From NCBI GenBank assembly GCA_044870765.1, contig JBIOZG010000032.1, forward strand, positions 1-64,000: DNA of 64,000 nucleotides, given 5' to 3'. Source of the DNA: Nitrososphaeraceae archaeon. GTDB taxonomy: Archaea; Thermoproteota; Nitrososphaeria; Nitrososphaerales; Nitrososphaeraceae. Numbering within the stretch: the stretch's first letter is position 1; every line of letters starts with the position of its first letter. A program made the translations under genes and the position numbers. Of the stretch, positions 9,227 to 17,727 are shown piece by piece. The notes beneath the pieces are model-generated. The model searched no databases. It was not told the origin of the DNA and was given only the letters and a program-made list of their open reading frames with translations.

Positions 9227-11089
9227 TTGGAATTTGTCCCTGCTTTAAGTAAATATTTCATATTGGTAGCGATTTTGTCCATTATGTTGCCTCTGGTGCC
9301 ACTTTCAGTAAATAAAGTACAAGCAAATCATATCAACTGCACTAACTGGCACGGTGATTTTGATGCGGATTGTGATGGGCTTTCTGATGCATGGGAACTT
9401 ATTGACAGATACACAGAGGACGGAACAGGGATAAACGTAGCACTGCCGGGAGCAGATCCGAATCACAAGGATATCTATGTAGAAATAGATTACATGAGCC
9501 ACCATATTCCACCCACTACAGCGATAGATCTCGTTACTGCTAAATTTGATACTCCTGCCTTTGAGTTATATAATCCAGACACCACATACGGCGTAAGGTT
9601 ACATTACATTATAGACGATAACGTTCCACATAGAGATTGTATTGACGTGTTTGACGATATCGTTCCGGACCCAGTATTAGATTCCTTCGATGAGTATAAG
9701 CAAACCTTCTTTGGAACTGCCAGTGAAAGGGCTACTAACCCTAATTTTTACCAAGCAAAGATGGATGTCTATCACTACGCATTATTTATCCATACCAGGT
9801 GCGGTGACGTGACAAGCTCCGGCAGAGGCGAAGTACCAGGTAATGACTTCGTAGTTTCCTTGGGTCACTCTTCATGGGGAAATCCGGACCCAGTATCTGG
9901 CCATGCTACAGGCAGTAATACCTATAAAGCGGCCACATTTATGCACGAGCTAGGACATAATTTGGGTTTGAAACACGCGGGAACTACCGATCTTCCTAAT
10001 TGTAAACCTAATTATCTCAGTGTGATGAATTATGCTTTTCAGTTTCCAACATTTTTGACTGGAGGGAATTGGCCTATGGACTATTCTCATAACGTCCTTA
10101 ATTCATTAAAGGAAAGTGCACTAGTCGAGAGCACCGGAATTGGGCTGGCTCAACCATCAAATCTAAAGACAGTTGTTGGACATACAGTACCGCCCTCTTC
10201 TCATGTTCTCCCGCACTATCTCCACCCTAATACGCCACCTGCTGCGAATAATTCGCCCATCAATTACAACTGGTACTTAGGGGATGGGGACACTAACGAT
10301 ATCGTTAATTCTTCAATAACAAATCTTCATACAGTCTCATGCGGCGATAACGATGTTGATAATACTTCAGTTGGAGGGAAGCTATTTGGGTATGACGACG
10401 TGCATTATAATAATTTGATTTTTTGGTCAACTACTGTAAGTTTCCAGAATGGCACAAGCCTTAATCTGCCAGCAAGCGGTTCTGAAATGGAAGCAACGAT
10501 ATCTGGAAAAATATCTCAAATTGGCTCTGCTAGTATCGAATCATTGATAAATAACAGTAAGGCAACATTATCTAACAAGACAGTTGGACCCGTAGATATC
10601 TTGAAAGACCCGACTCTACCTCCATGTGATATTACAGTTCCAGGTTGTCAGGATTCGCCTTGCGATGAAGAGGATCCTTTCTGTGTTCCAAATGAAAGAC
10701 ATAATTACACTAATTCCTATACTGGCTCTAATGATGTTGGCAACAGAAGCGAAATAAAGGAATTAACTTCCACCGAGGTGCTCAAAATGATTACTTCAAA
10801 AGCAACGAATTTGAATGAATACATAAAGTCGCTAAATGAAACTCAATTCGTTAACGGGACTGATGTCCAAAAATTAAAGAATGATTTGGAAAATTCTTTG
10901 GTAAACGCTACGGACAGCGTGTATTCCTTAATAAACTCTTCAAAGACAGATCAGGCTATGGGGAAGCTCTTTGAACTTCGAAGTCTGGTGGACGGAAGAG
11001 GTTCGAATGAAATTATTAAACCTCCGTGGAATGTAAATGTTCTCGAGCAAGTTGATGATTTGATACAGGCTCTTCAGCATAGAAAATAG
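9227..11089 (+). CDS. Secreted zinc metalloprotease (metzincin-like) with a Ca-binding DxDxDG motif
   Basis: Signal peptide; DADCDGLSDAWE; KDIYVEIDYM; HELGHNLGLKH (HExxHxxGxxH); Met-turn-like SVMNY. Confidence 0.8.
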   Translation: MEFVPALSKYFILVAILSIMLPLVPLSVNKVQANHINCTNWHGDFDADCDGLSDAWELIDRYTEDGTGINVALPGADPNHKDIYVEIDYMSHHIPPTTAIDLVTAKFDTPAFELYNPDTTYGVRLHYIIDDNVPHRDCIDVFDDIVPDPVLDSFDEYKQTFFGTASERATNPNFYQAKMDVYHYALFIHTRCGDVTSSGRGEVPGNDFVVSLGHSSWGNPDPVSGHATGSNTYKAATFMHELGHNLGLKHAGTTDLPNCKPNYLSVMNYAFQFPTFLTGGNWPMDYSHNVLNSLKESALVESTGIGLAQPSNLKTVVGHTVPPSSHVLPHYLHPNTPPAANNSPINYNWYLGDGDTNDIVNSSITNLHTVSCGDNDVDNTSVGGKLFGYDDVHYNNLIFWSTTVSFQNGTSLNLPASGSEMEATISGKISQIGSASIESLINNSKATLSNKTVGPVDILKDPTLPPCDITVPGCQDSPCDEEDPFCVPNERHNYTNSYTGSNDVGNRSEIKELTSTEVLKMITSKATNLNEYIKSLNETQFVNGTDVQKLKNDLENSLVNATDSVYSLINSSKTDQAMGKLFELRSLVDGRGSNEIIKPPWNVNVLEQVDDLIQALQHRK

Positions 11090-11220
11090 ATCTCGAATTT
11101 GACAAGAAAAGATACATGCTTTGAAGATCTCTAACAGAAATTTGACGATATTTGATCTCCCTTGTGTATGATATATCATACTGAGTATTGACAAAACTTG
11201 AAATAATAATGTGAGAATAG

Positions 11221-12684
11221 TTGAACATGAATAAAACTGAGAGCTGGAAGCTACTAGTTAGTCTGTTTATACTGCTAACTCTTACGGCCTCAGTTATCTC
11301 TTTCCCTTGGTCATTGTCAATTTATGTTCATGCCGATTCTGAAGAGTCTTCGGATGGTGGAGACGATGGTGGAGACGATGGTGGAGACGATGGTGGAGAC
11401 GATGGTGGAGACGATGGTGGAGACGATGGTGGCAGCGATGGTGGCAGCGATGATGGCAGCGATGATGGCAGCGATGATGGCAGCGATGATGGCAGCGATG
11501 ATGGCAGCGATGATGGCAGCGATGACGTAATTACCACTATTAACAACGAAGAATCATTGTCTTCCTTTACAGAAAATGATAGATCAGAAGATGATTACCA
11601 CAGCACATTACAATCAGATACAACGGATTCTGAATCTCGACAACCCACAATTGTGGCGGATTCCGAAGCGCAATCTGCTCAGACTGAAACCTCCCAGACT
11701 GAAACCTCCGAGATCGAGTCAGAATCGGATTCACAGACATTCGACGAATCCATTTTCAAGCCCATGCTTCCACCACTGCAATTTTTATTGCCTCCAACAG
11801 AGGAGGTAGGAAATGCTCAATTTCTCGGACAAAGTAATTTCTTAACTCAATCTGTTACCTGTGATCCAGCAGATCCTGCATGCGAAGAGCCTCCTCAATG
11901 TGATCCAGCAGATCCTGCATGCGAAGAGCCTCCTGGATGTGATCCGGAAGATCCTTTCTGCGGAGAACTTCCTACTGATGAGTCAGGTAAATGTGATGAC
12001 GGTATAGATAATGATGACGACGGATTGGCTGATGGTCTTGATCCGGACTGTCTTGGTGACTCTGGCGGACCAGTTCTTACTCCTGAAAAAGGTCATTGTG
12101 AAGATGGCATAGATAATGATCGCGACGGAAGAACTGATGATTTCGACATCGTCGATTGTGGTGGTGGTTCGGGGGGCCCTGGTGGTACCACTGGCCCAGG
12201 AAATCAACTTGCAAGAGGAGCAAATAATGAAAATGGTGCCATCGCCAGAACGTTAAACGGCGAAACAGGTGATTCTTTTCTGCCTGAAGCAATAGCTCAA
12301 TTGGTGCAGAGTGCGGAAGGACAAATTGCAGGAAATACATACTATATTTTGATAGATAATATAAATAATGAAACTAACTTTGTTCCTAGCAAAGTAACAT
12401 TAACTAATGGATTCACAGTCGTATGGATAAATAATGATAATTCAAAAGACCATCAACTTGTGATAGCCACAGATAATGGAAAATCTCTGTTCAATTCAGT
12501 CGTTCACCCCAATAATTTCGTAAAGTACAAGTTTGAATCTGATGGAAAATACTTCTTTTCAGACTCTGAAAATCCAGAAATAACAGGCTTATTAACAATT
12601 TTACCGAATGCAGAACCTGAAGTAAAAATATCAGAACCATTACCACAAATAGAATCTATCATTTCTTCAATTGGGTTGAAGTGA
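11221..12684 (+). CDS. Exported acidic repeat protein with Cys/Asp metal-binding-like motifs and a C-terminal cupredoxin-like domain
   Basis: Signal peptide; (DGGD/DDGS)n; CDPADPAC repeats; two C.DGIDND.DG..D motifs; FVPSKVTL...VVWINND..H cupredoxin-like tail. Confidence 0.75.
   Translation: MNMNKTESWKLLVSLFILLTLTASVISFPWSLSIYVHADSEESSDGGDDGGDDGGDDGGDDGGDDGGDDGGSDGGSDDGSDDGSDDGSDDGSDDGSDDGSDDVITTINNEESLSSFTENDRSEDDYHSTLQSDTTDSESRQPTIVADSEAQSAQTETSQTETSEIESESDSQTFDESIFKPMLPPLQFLLPPTEEVGNAQFLGQSNFLTQSVTCDPADPACEEPPQCDPADPACEEPPGCDPEDPFCGELPTDESGKCDDGIDNDDDGLADGLDPDCLGDSGGPVLTPEKGHCEDGIDNDRDGRTDDFDIVDCGGGSGGPGGTTGPGNQLARGANNENGAIARTLNGETGDSFLPEAIAQLVQSAEGQIAGNTYYILIDNINNETNFVPSKVTLTNGFTVVWINNDNSKDHQLVIATDNGKSLFNSVVHPNNFVKYKFESDGKYFFSDSENPEITGLLTILPNAEPEVKISEPLPQIESIISSIGLK
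11353..11520 (+). repeat. Coding 12-bp tandem repeat, 14 units
   Basis: 6x GATGGTGGAGAC, 2x GATGGTGGCAGC, 6x GATGATGGCAGC, contiguous with no spacers. Confidence 0.97.
11860..11967 (+). repeat. Coding 39-bp tandem repeat (CDPADPACEEPPx), two near-identical units plus one diverged
   Basis: TGTGATCCAGCAGATCCTGCATGCGAAGAGCCTCCT at 11860 and 11899; diverged unit at 11938. Confidence 0.92.
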
Positions 12685-12839
12685 TTTAATAGTACTTGCG
12701 TTGCTATTTTCATCTAATGAAAATTGTGATACGAGTACATCAACCATATCAAACCTTAACTATCAAAATTTTATCCTTATTAATTTCTAAGTGCTTCTCT
12801 AATCATTATGAACGATTAAAACATTCCATTGCTATTACC

Positions 12840-14198
12840 CTAATTACCATCTAGTTGTTTTTTCGATCTTTTACCAGATTGGTATTTTTTAAGATACTCT
12901 ATTATTTCATTATCAACCAATTGAAGTTCATGTGAGGATACTCCTTCATCTTGTGGCAATTTTTTCCTGATCTCCTCAACAATTTCTGAAACCGCATTTT
13001 CCATTTCGGCAGAGCCTATGTTTGCAAAAAATTGAGAATACTTATCCGATCTCTTCAATTGACTCTCTATAGTTCTATTTCTCGATATGATTCTAGCAGA
13101 GTAATATACTCCCAGAGCCATCAAAAAGGAAGAAGGACCTATTGCAGATACTGTTAAAAGGCCAAAGGGTGGATAAGGAGTATGGTAAACTGTTGCTGAA
13201 CCTGCAGCAAAAAAAAGTATTAGTCCATAAGCCGTTATACGCAAGAAATTTGAGAGGGGCTTGCTCGTACTTGACTTTCTGATAATTAAGAAAAATGGAA
13301 CTGAAAATAAAATCCCTCCTATAAGGGAACTTGGAGTATAGAAAAATAGAAACCACGTTTGGAAGGTAGAATTATCCGAAGCATCATTCGGAATAAATAG
13401 ACCGAATTGTGTTACTAATAATTGGCTAAGGTAAAAAACTAATGGGAGTGATAAAATGATCCAGTATTTTGATTTGCCCATTTTTTTAATGTAATCCTTC
13501 AAGAGCAGTCCTGTTATCACCCACGTAATGACATAGGAAGCTATTGCCATGTAGTAATACAAATAATTTAAGAGTGAAATGCTAGAGCCTTGTTCTATTA
13601 TTGGTAGGACAACAACATTATCCGCGTCTATCTTTTCTGGTTGATTTAGAAGCAGCAATCCCATAAATAGAACAGTCACAAAAGCTGTGATTGCAATTAT
13701 ACAATACATTGCTCCATAGATGAGAATTGTCTCTTCCTTTCTCATTTGATACCAAGAAAAAAACTTTGCAGCCATATTGCTCATTGCGATAATATTTATA
13801 GAATTAGTTAAAACAAGTACTAGCAACAACAAAAAAGTATCATAGTATTCTGAAATTAAAATTTCAAAAATGATTGTCAAAAAACATATCACGATAGAAA
13901 AAATCATGTAATTTATTAGCCTCTTAAGTCTTCTAAAAGATGAACTCTCTAATTTGATTTGAAATGGTTCCTTACTAGAATAACCCAACACGTATTGTTG
14001 AGCAATTAGATAAATAAACGAAATCAAGATAAAAATGACTGTTCCAATGTCTGTGGAGATAAGATTGTAATACAAATGGGCTACGTTACTAATTTCCATA
14101 TCCACAAACAAAACTATAATCATAGTTATGACAAAAACTCTTAGGTCAAATAATTTATTGAAAAAATAATCGAAATTGGATTTAACGGTATAAGACAT
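12840..14198 (-). CDS. Multi-pass (~10 TM) membrane protein of unknown function, 'YPPFGL' family
   Basis: About ten hydrophobic segments and a polar C-terminal tail; shares ordered motifs with 23584..24912. Confidence 0.85.
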   Translation of the reverse strand: MSYTVKSNFDYFFNKLFDLRVFVITMIIVLFVDMEISNVAHLYYNLISTDIGTVIFILISFIYLIAQQYVLGYSSKEPFQIKLESSSFRRLKRLINYMIFSIVICFLTIIFEILISEYYDTFLLLLVLVLTNSINIIAMSNMAAKFFSWYQMRKEETILIYGAMYCIIAITAFVTVLFMGLLLLNQPEKIDADNVVVLPIIEQGSSISLLNYLYYYMAIASYVITWVITGLLLKDYIKKMGKSKYWIILSLPLVFYLSQLLVTQFGLFIPNDASDNSTFQTWFLFFYTPSSLIGGILFSVPFFLIIRKSSTSKPLSNFLRITAYGLILFFAAGSATVYHTPYPPFGLLTVSAIGPSSFLMALGVYYSARIISRNRTIESQLKRSDKYSQFFANIGSAEMENAVSEIVEEIRKKLPQDEGVSSHELQLVDNEIIEYLKKYQSGKRSKKQLDGN

Positions 14199-14717
14199 CC
14201 AACTATGGATAATATGTTTCGATTATTAACACTTTTCTTCCGATTAAAATGACAAACTTGTTCAATTTGAACAAAAAACTGTACGACGTGAAACAAACTA
14301 GTCTACTCGATTGACGATACTATGCAAGAGTAGCTCATAGACTATCCTGCTTTAGTAGACCCTCGAGAATCATTTATTCTTGAAATAATGTGGTATAATC
14401 TATTGATATCCACTAATAATCTAATCCAGCAAATCTTAATAGCATTGCATTCAGAAATCGTTGAATATGAGAACGTTAAAACTTTTCATTTTTAGGAGTT
14501 TTCACGATTACGGATAGAATCAGTCCGTTTCCTGCCATTATTCATGGTGGATTTTTTTTATTGTTAACTTGCAATACTGTATTAACAACTTTTTGAAATG
14601 CCAATCGTATCTATGGTTGAGCGATTTGAGCATTCCCTAGGTGTTGAGGGGTCTCTCTATAGTCTATGTAAATACACAGGGAAATGATTAACAAGTTCAC
14701 CCTTGTTTATTTGATAT

Positions 14718-14948
14718 ATGTCTACGGTGATTCTAGCAAAAGAATATGATTATAGATATCGTTTGTTTGCCCTTTGTGAAAAGTGTTATTGGACTGCAAC
14801 AATTTTGAAGAAAGTAGAGACATATCAGTGTCCTGTTTGTCATAGCGATGAAGTTGCACTGATACCTTTAGGTAATGATGAAAGGTATGAATATTCATTA
14901 GAACCTACGCAAGGAATACAAATAAAATTTTCGCTACTGGGCAGATAA
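14718..14948 (+). CDS. Small zinc-ribbon protein
   Basis: CEKC...CPVC pair; 76 aa. Confidence 0.7.
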   Translation: MSTVILAKEYDYRYRLFALCEKCYWTATILKKVETYQCPVCHSDEVALIPLGNDERYEYSLEPTQGIQIKFSLLGR

Positions 14949-15092
14949 ATAAGCAGGTATTTTTTAAGAATTATTGATTAATAGTAATTAATTGTCTTCC
15001 GGGTTTTTTCTAACCACACTCTATGAGATGATTTCTGAGCTTCTATATTTAAAATAAGGATAAAAGATAATTTCAACATTATTTAAAAAGAG

Positions 15093-15821
15093 ATGTTGCT
15101 AAGAGAATTAGTTAGATTTCCAATTAAGAATTCAAATTCAAATTCGTTTATTGAAGGTAATTTAGTGATACCCGATAATCCAATAGGAATAGTTATTTTT
15201 GCTCATGGGAGTGGTAGCAGTAAAAACAGCAAGAGAAATCAACTAGTATCGGAAAAATTAAACAAAAACAATATTGCAACATTGTTGTTCGATCTGTTAT
15301 CTGATGTGGAACAGGCATTTGATTCGCAAGTAGAAACAATGACATCCAAAATCCCTGGTGCGGTATTGAATAAATTCAATATTTCATTACTTACAAAGCG
15401 ACTATCAATGGCTACAGATTGGGTATTGAGGAATCCGCACACAGGGAGATTACAATTAAGTTATTTTGCTTCAAGTACCGGAGGGGCAGCCGCCTTGATG
15501 TCCGCATGTCCATACAACATAGTATCAATTGTAATTCGCAGTGGACGAACAGACTTAGTAGAAAATCAATTTTTAGAACAGATAGTATCATCTTGCTTAT
15601 TTGTTGTAGGAAGCCGGGAAAAATCGCTCATCAAAATTAGTAAGGAAACTATGAAAAAAATGAGAAATTCAAAGGAAAAAAAACTCAGTATTATAGAACG
15701 TGCCTCTCATCTGTTTGAAGAGGAAGGAACTATGCAGTCAGTTGCAGAAGTTGCGACTCAATGGATGACTCGGCATTTTACTTTGCGCATTAACACTAAT
15801 AGCATAGACAAGCAGCCCTAA
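15093..15821 (+). CDS. Alpha/beta hydrolase (dienelactone-hydrolase-like, phosphoribosyltransferase-associated)
   Basis: IFAHGSGSS, TLLFDLL, YFASSTGGAAA, GRTDL, SHLFEE. Confidence 0.85.
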   Translation: MLLRELVRFPIKNSNSNSFIEGNLVIPDNPIGIVIFAHGSGSSKNSKRNQLVSEKLNKNNIATLLFDLLSDVEQAFDSQVETMTSKIPGAVLNKFNISLLTKRLSMATDWVLRNPHTGRLQLSYFASSTGGAAALMSACPYNIVSIVIRSGRTDLVENQFLEQIVSSCLFVVGSREKSLIKISKETMKKMRNSKEKKLSIIERASHLFEEEGTMQSVAEVATQWMTRHFTLRINTNSIDKQP

Positions 15822-15922
15822 AAAATCTCTAAACTCTATAACATACTTAAATTTTGATATAAGATTTGGATAACATAACACCATGTTTAATACCTGATTA
15901 GTATCAATAGTGTTGTCTGGTA

Positions 15923-16633
15923 TTGATATTAAACAAGATATTTGGTAAATTTCAATTGAAAATAAAGAACAGGGAATCAGCGGGTAACATTCTAGCAGAG
16001 ACAATAAAGGATGTCCTGAAAAAGGATGCCAGACAAGATATCATAGTAATTGGCTTGCCCCGTGGTGGATTTGTAATGGCAAAAATCATAGCAACAAAAT
16101 TATCTTGTAGCCTGGATATGATGATCTCCAAAAGACTACGCGCTCCGCACAATGAAGAACTGGCTATTGGAGCTGTCGCTGAGGATGGTACCACATATTT
16201 GAATAAATCTTTAATTGAGGAACTGAAAATATCTGACGAATATATTAATAATGAAATTTCCTACCAATTACAAGAAATTAAGCGCCTAGCTAACATGTAC
16301 TATCAAGGAAAGAAATCCTTCTTGGATAGGCTACAGATTACAATCAAAGAAAAAACAATAGTAATAGTAGATGATGGCGCAGCGACAGGGTCTACTATTA
16401 TGGCTACAGTTAGAAGTTTAAGAAAAACACACAATCCTAAGCGGATTATAGTAGCCATTGCTATTTCACCAAGAAGTACAGTCGATCTATTGAAGAACGA
16501 GGATATAGATCACGTTGAAGTTATTACTAGTCCTGTAGACACTAATTTTAGATCTATTGAACAGTTTTACCAGAATTTCGAACAAGTTACCGATAATAGA
16601 GTTTTAGACATCATTCGTACTGCGATAAAATAA
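15923..16633 (+). CDS. Phosphoribosyltransferase family protein
   Basis: GLPRGG, EELAIGA, PRPP loop IVDDGAATGST, FYQNFEQV. Confidence 0.9.
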   Translation: MILNKIFGKFQLKIKNRESAGNILAETIKDVLKKDARQDIIVIGLPRGGFVMAKIIATKLSCSLDMMISKRLRAPHNEELAIGAVAEDGTTYLNKSLIEELKISDEYINNEISYQLQEIKRLANMYYQGKKSFLDRLQITIKEKTIVIVDDGAATGSTIMATVRSLRKTHNPKRIIVAIAISPRSTVDLLKNEDIDHVEVITSPVDTNFRSIEQFYQNFEQVTDNRVLDIIRTAIK

Positions 16634-16855
16634 AAGAACTTTTACCATTCCTTTCGAAGAAGGAAGATGGAAATATTAGATTCTTTATTTGGTACTTCCT
16701 GAATAAATATTTAAAAATTATTAACCCATTAGTTACTAAAAAGAGTATTAACGTTATCAAAAACTTGGATTGATGCGTGTTCCAGTGAAGACTGGTGACA
16801 GGGCTGGTTCGAAGAACACATTCTATATATTACACTACTTGTACAAGAAATACTC

Positions 16856-17656
16856 CTGAATCTATTAATTTCCTCCAGAGACCTTCACAACCGAGTCACC
16901 AAACCCCGCAATCACTCCATTATAATCGATACCCGATCTTTTTCAGAATATAAGAATGGGCATATTCCCGGAGCAATAAACGTGGACCTTTTTCAGTTAC
17001 ACTGGTTTGATACATCTAAAAGAGGCATCAAGGATTTCAATAGACAAACAAGAATATTGTTATCACGTATTGGAATACAAAGAGAAAGCCATGTGATTTT
17101 TTATGACAATGTATCCGGTATCTCAGCCGCCAGAGGGGTTTGGTTACTCCTATACTTTTCTCATAAAAAAGTAGAAATGTTAGATGGAGGATTTGAGAAC
17201 TGGAAAAAAGAAGGATATCGTATTGAATTAAAAACTAATCCACTCAACTACGCTGAATTCAAAGGCAAAATCAATTACAAAGTTTTGGCAACTGCCAAGG
17301 AAGTAAAGGGATCATTGAACAACAAAAATGTGTCAATAGTAGATGCTAGGTCAAGTAAAGAGTATAATGGTTCTGATGTAAGGACAGTGAGGCGAGGTCA
17401 TATCCCTTCAGCAATAAATATTGACTGGGAAAACAATATCGAAAATGGAGTCTTCAAAAATAAAAGCAAGCTATCACGAATTTACTCAAATGTTCAGAAA
17501 AAGTCACAGATAATAACTTACTGTCAAGGCGGGTATAGGGCTGCAAATGCTTTTTTGGTATTGAAATTGTTGGGATACGATAAAGTAAAAATGTACCTTG
17601 GTTCATGGGGCGAATGGGGAAATAAACTCGATCTTCCTGTCTCTAAGAGAGATTAA
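16856..17656 (+). CDS. Two-domain rhodanese / thiosulfate sulfurtransferase
   Basis: The frame is open upstream of the track's GTG (16982) and encodes NLLISS...IIDTRSFSEYKNGHIPGAINV, so the start is probably the CTG at 16856, about 25 nt after TATATATTA. Also GHIPSA, YCQGGYRA and YLGSWGEW. Confidence 0.9.
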   Translation: MNLLISSRDLHNRVTKPRNHSIIIDTRSFSEYKNGHIPGAINVDLFQLHWFDTSKRGIKDFNRQTRILLSRIGIQRESHVIFYDNVSGISAARGVWLLLYFSHKKVEMLDGGFENWKKEGYRIELKTNPLNYAEFKGKINYKVLATAKEVKGSLNNKNVSIVDARSSKEYNGSDVRTVRRGHIPSAINIDWENNIENGVFKNKSKLSRIYSNVQKKSQIITYCQGGYRAANAFLVLKLLGYDKVKMYLGSWGEWGNKLDLPVSKRD

Positions 17657-17727
17657 ATCTTTATTTGTTGTTCTAACGTTCAGCTTCCGATTGCTTAACT
17701 TTAATACTTGAATTACAAAGCAATGCT

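Noticed and set aside
11353-11520. Tandem repeat as a CRISPR array
   Set aside because: The units are contiguous 12-mers with no spacers, in frame inside a CDS, and there are no cas genes.
11324-11546. ORFs with (VETM/AAMM)n and (PSSL/PPSS)n repeats
   Set aside because: Alternative-frame and antisense shadows of the 12-bp repeat in 11221..12684.
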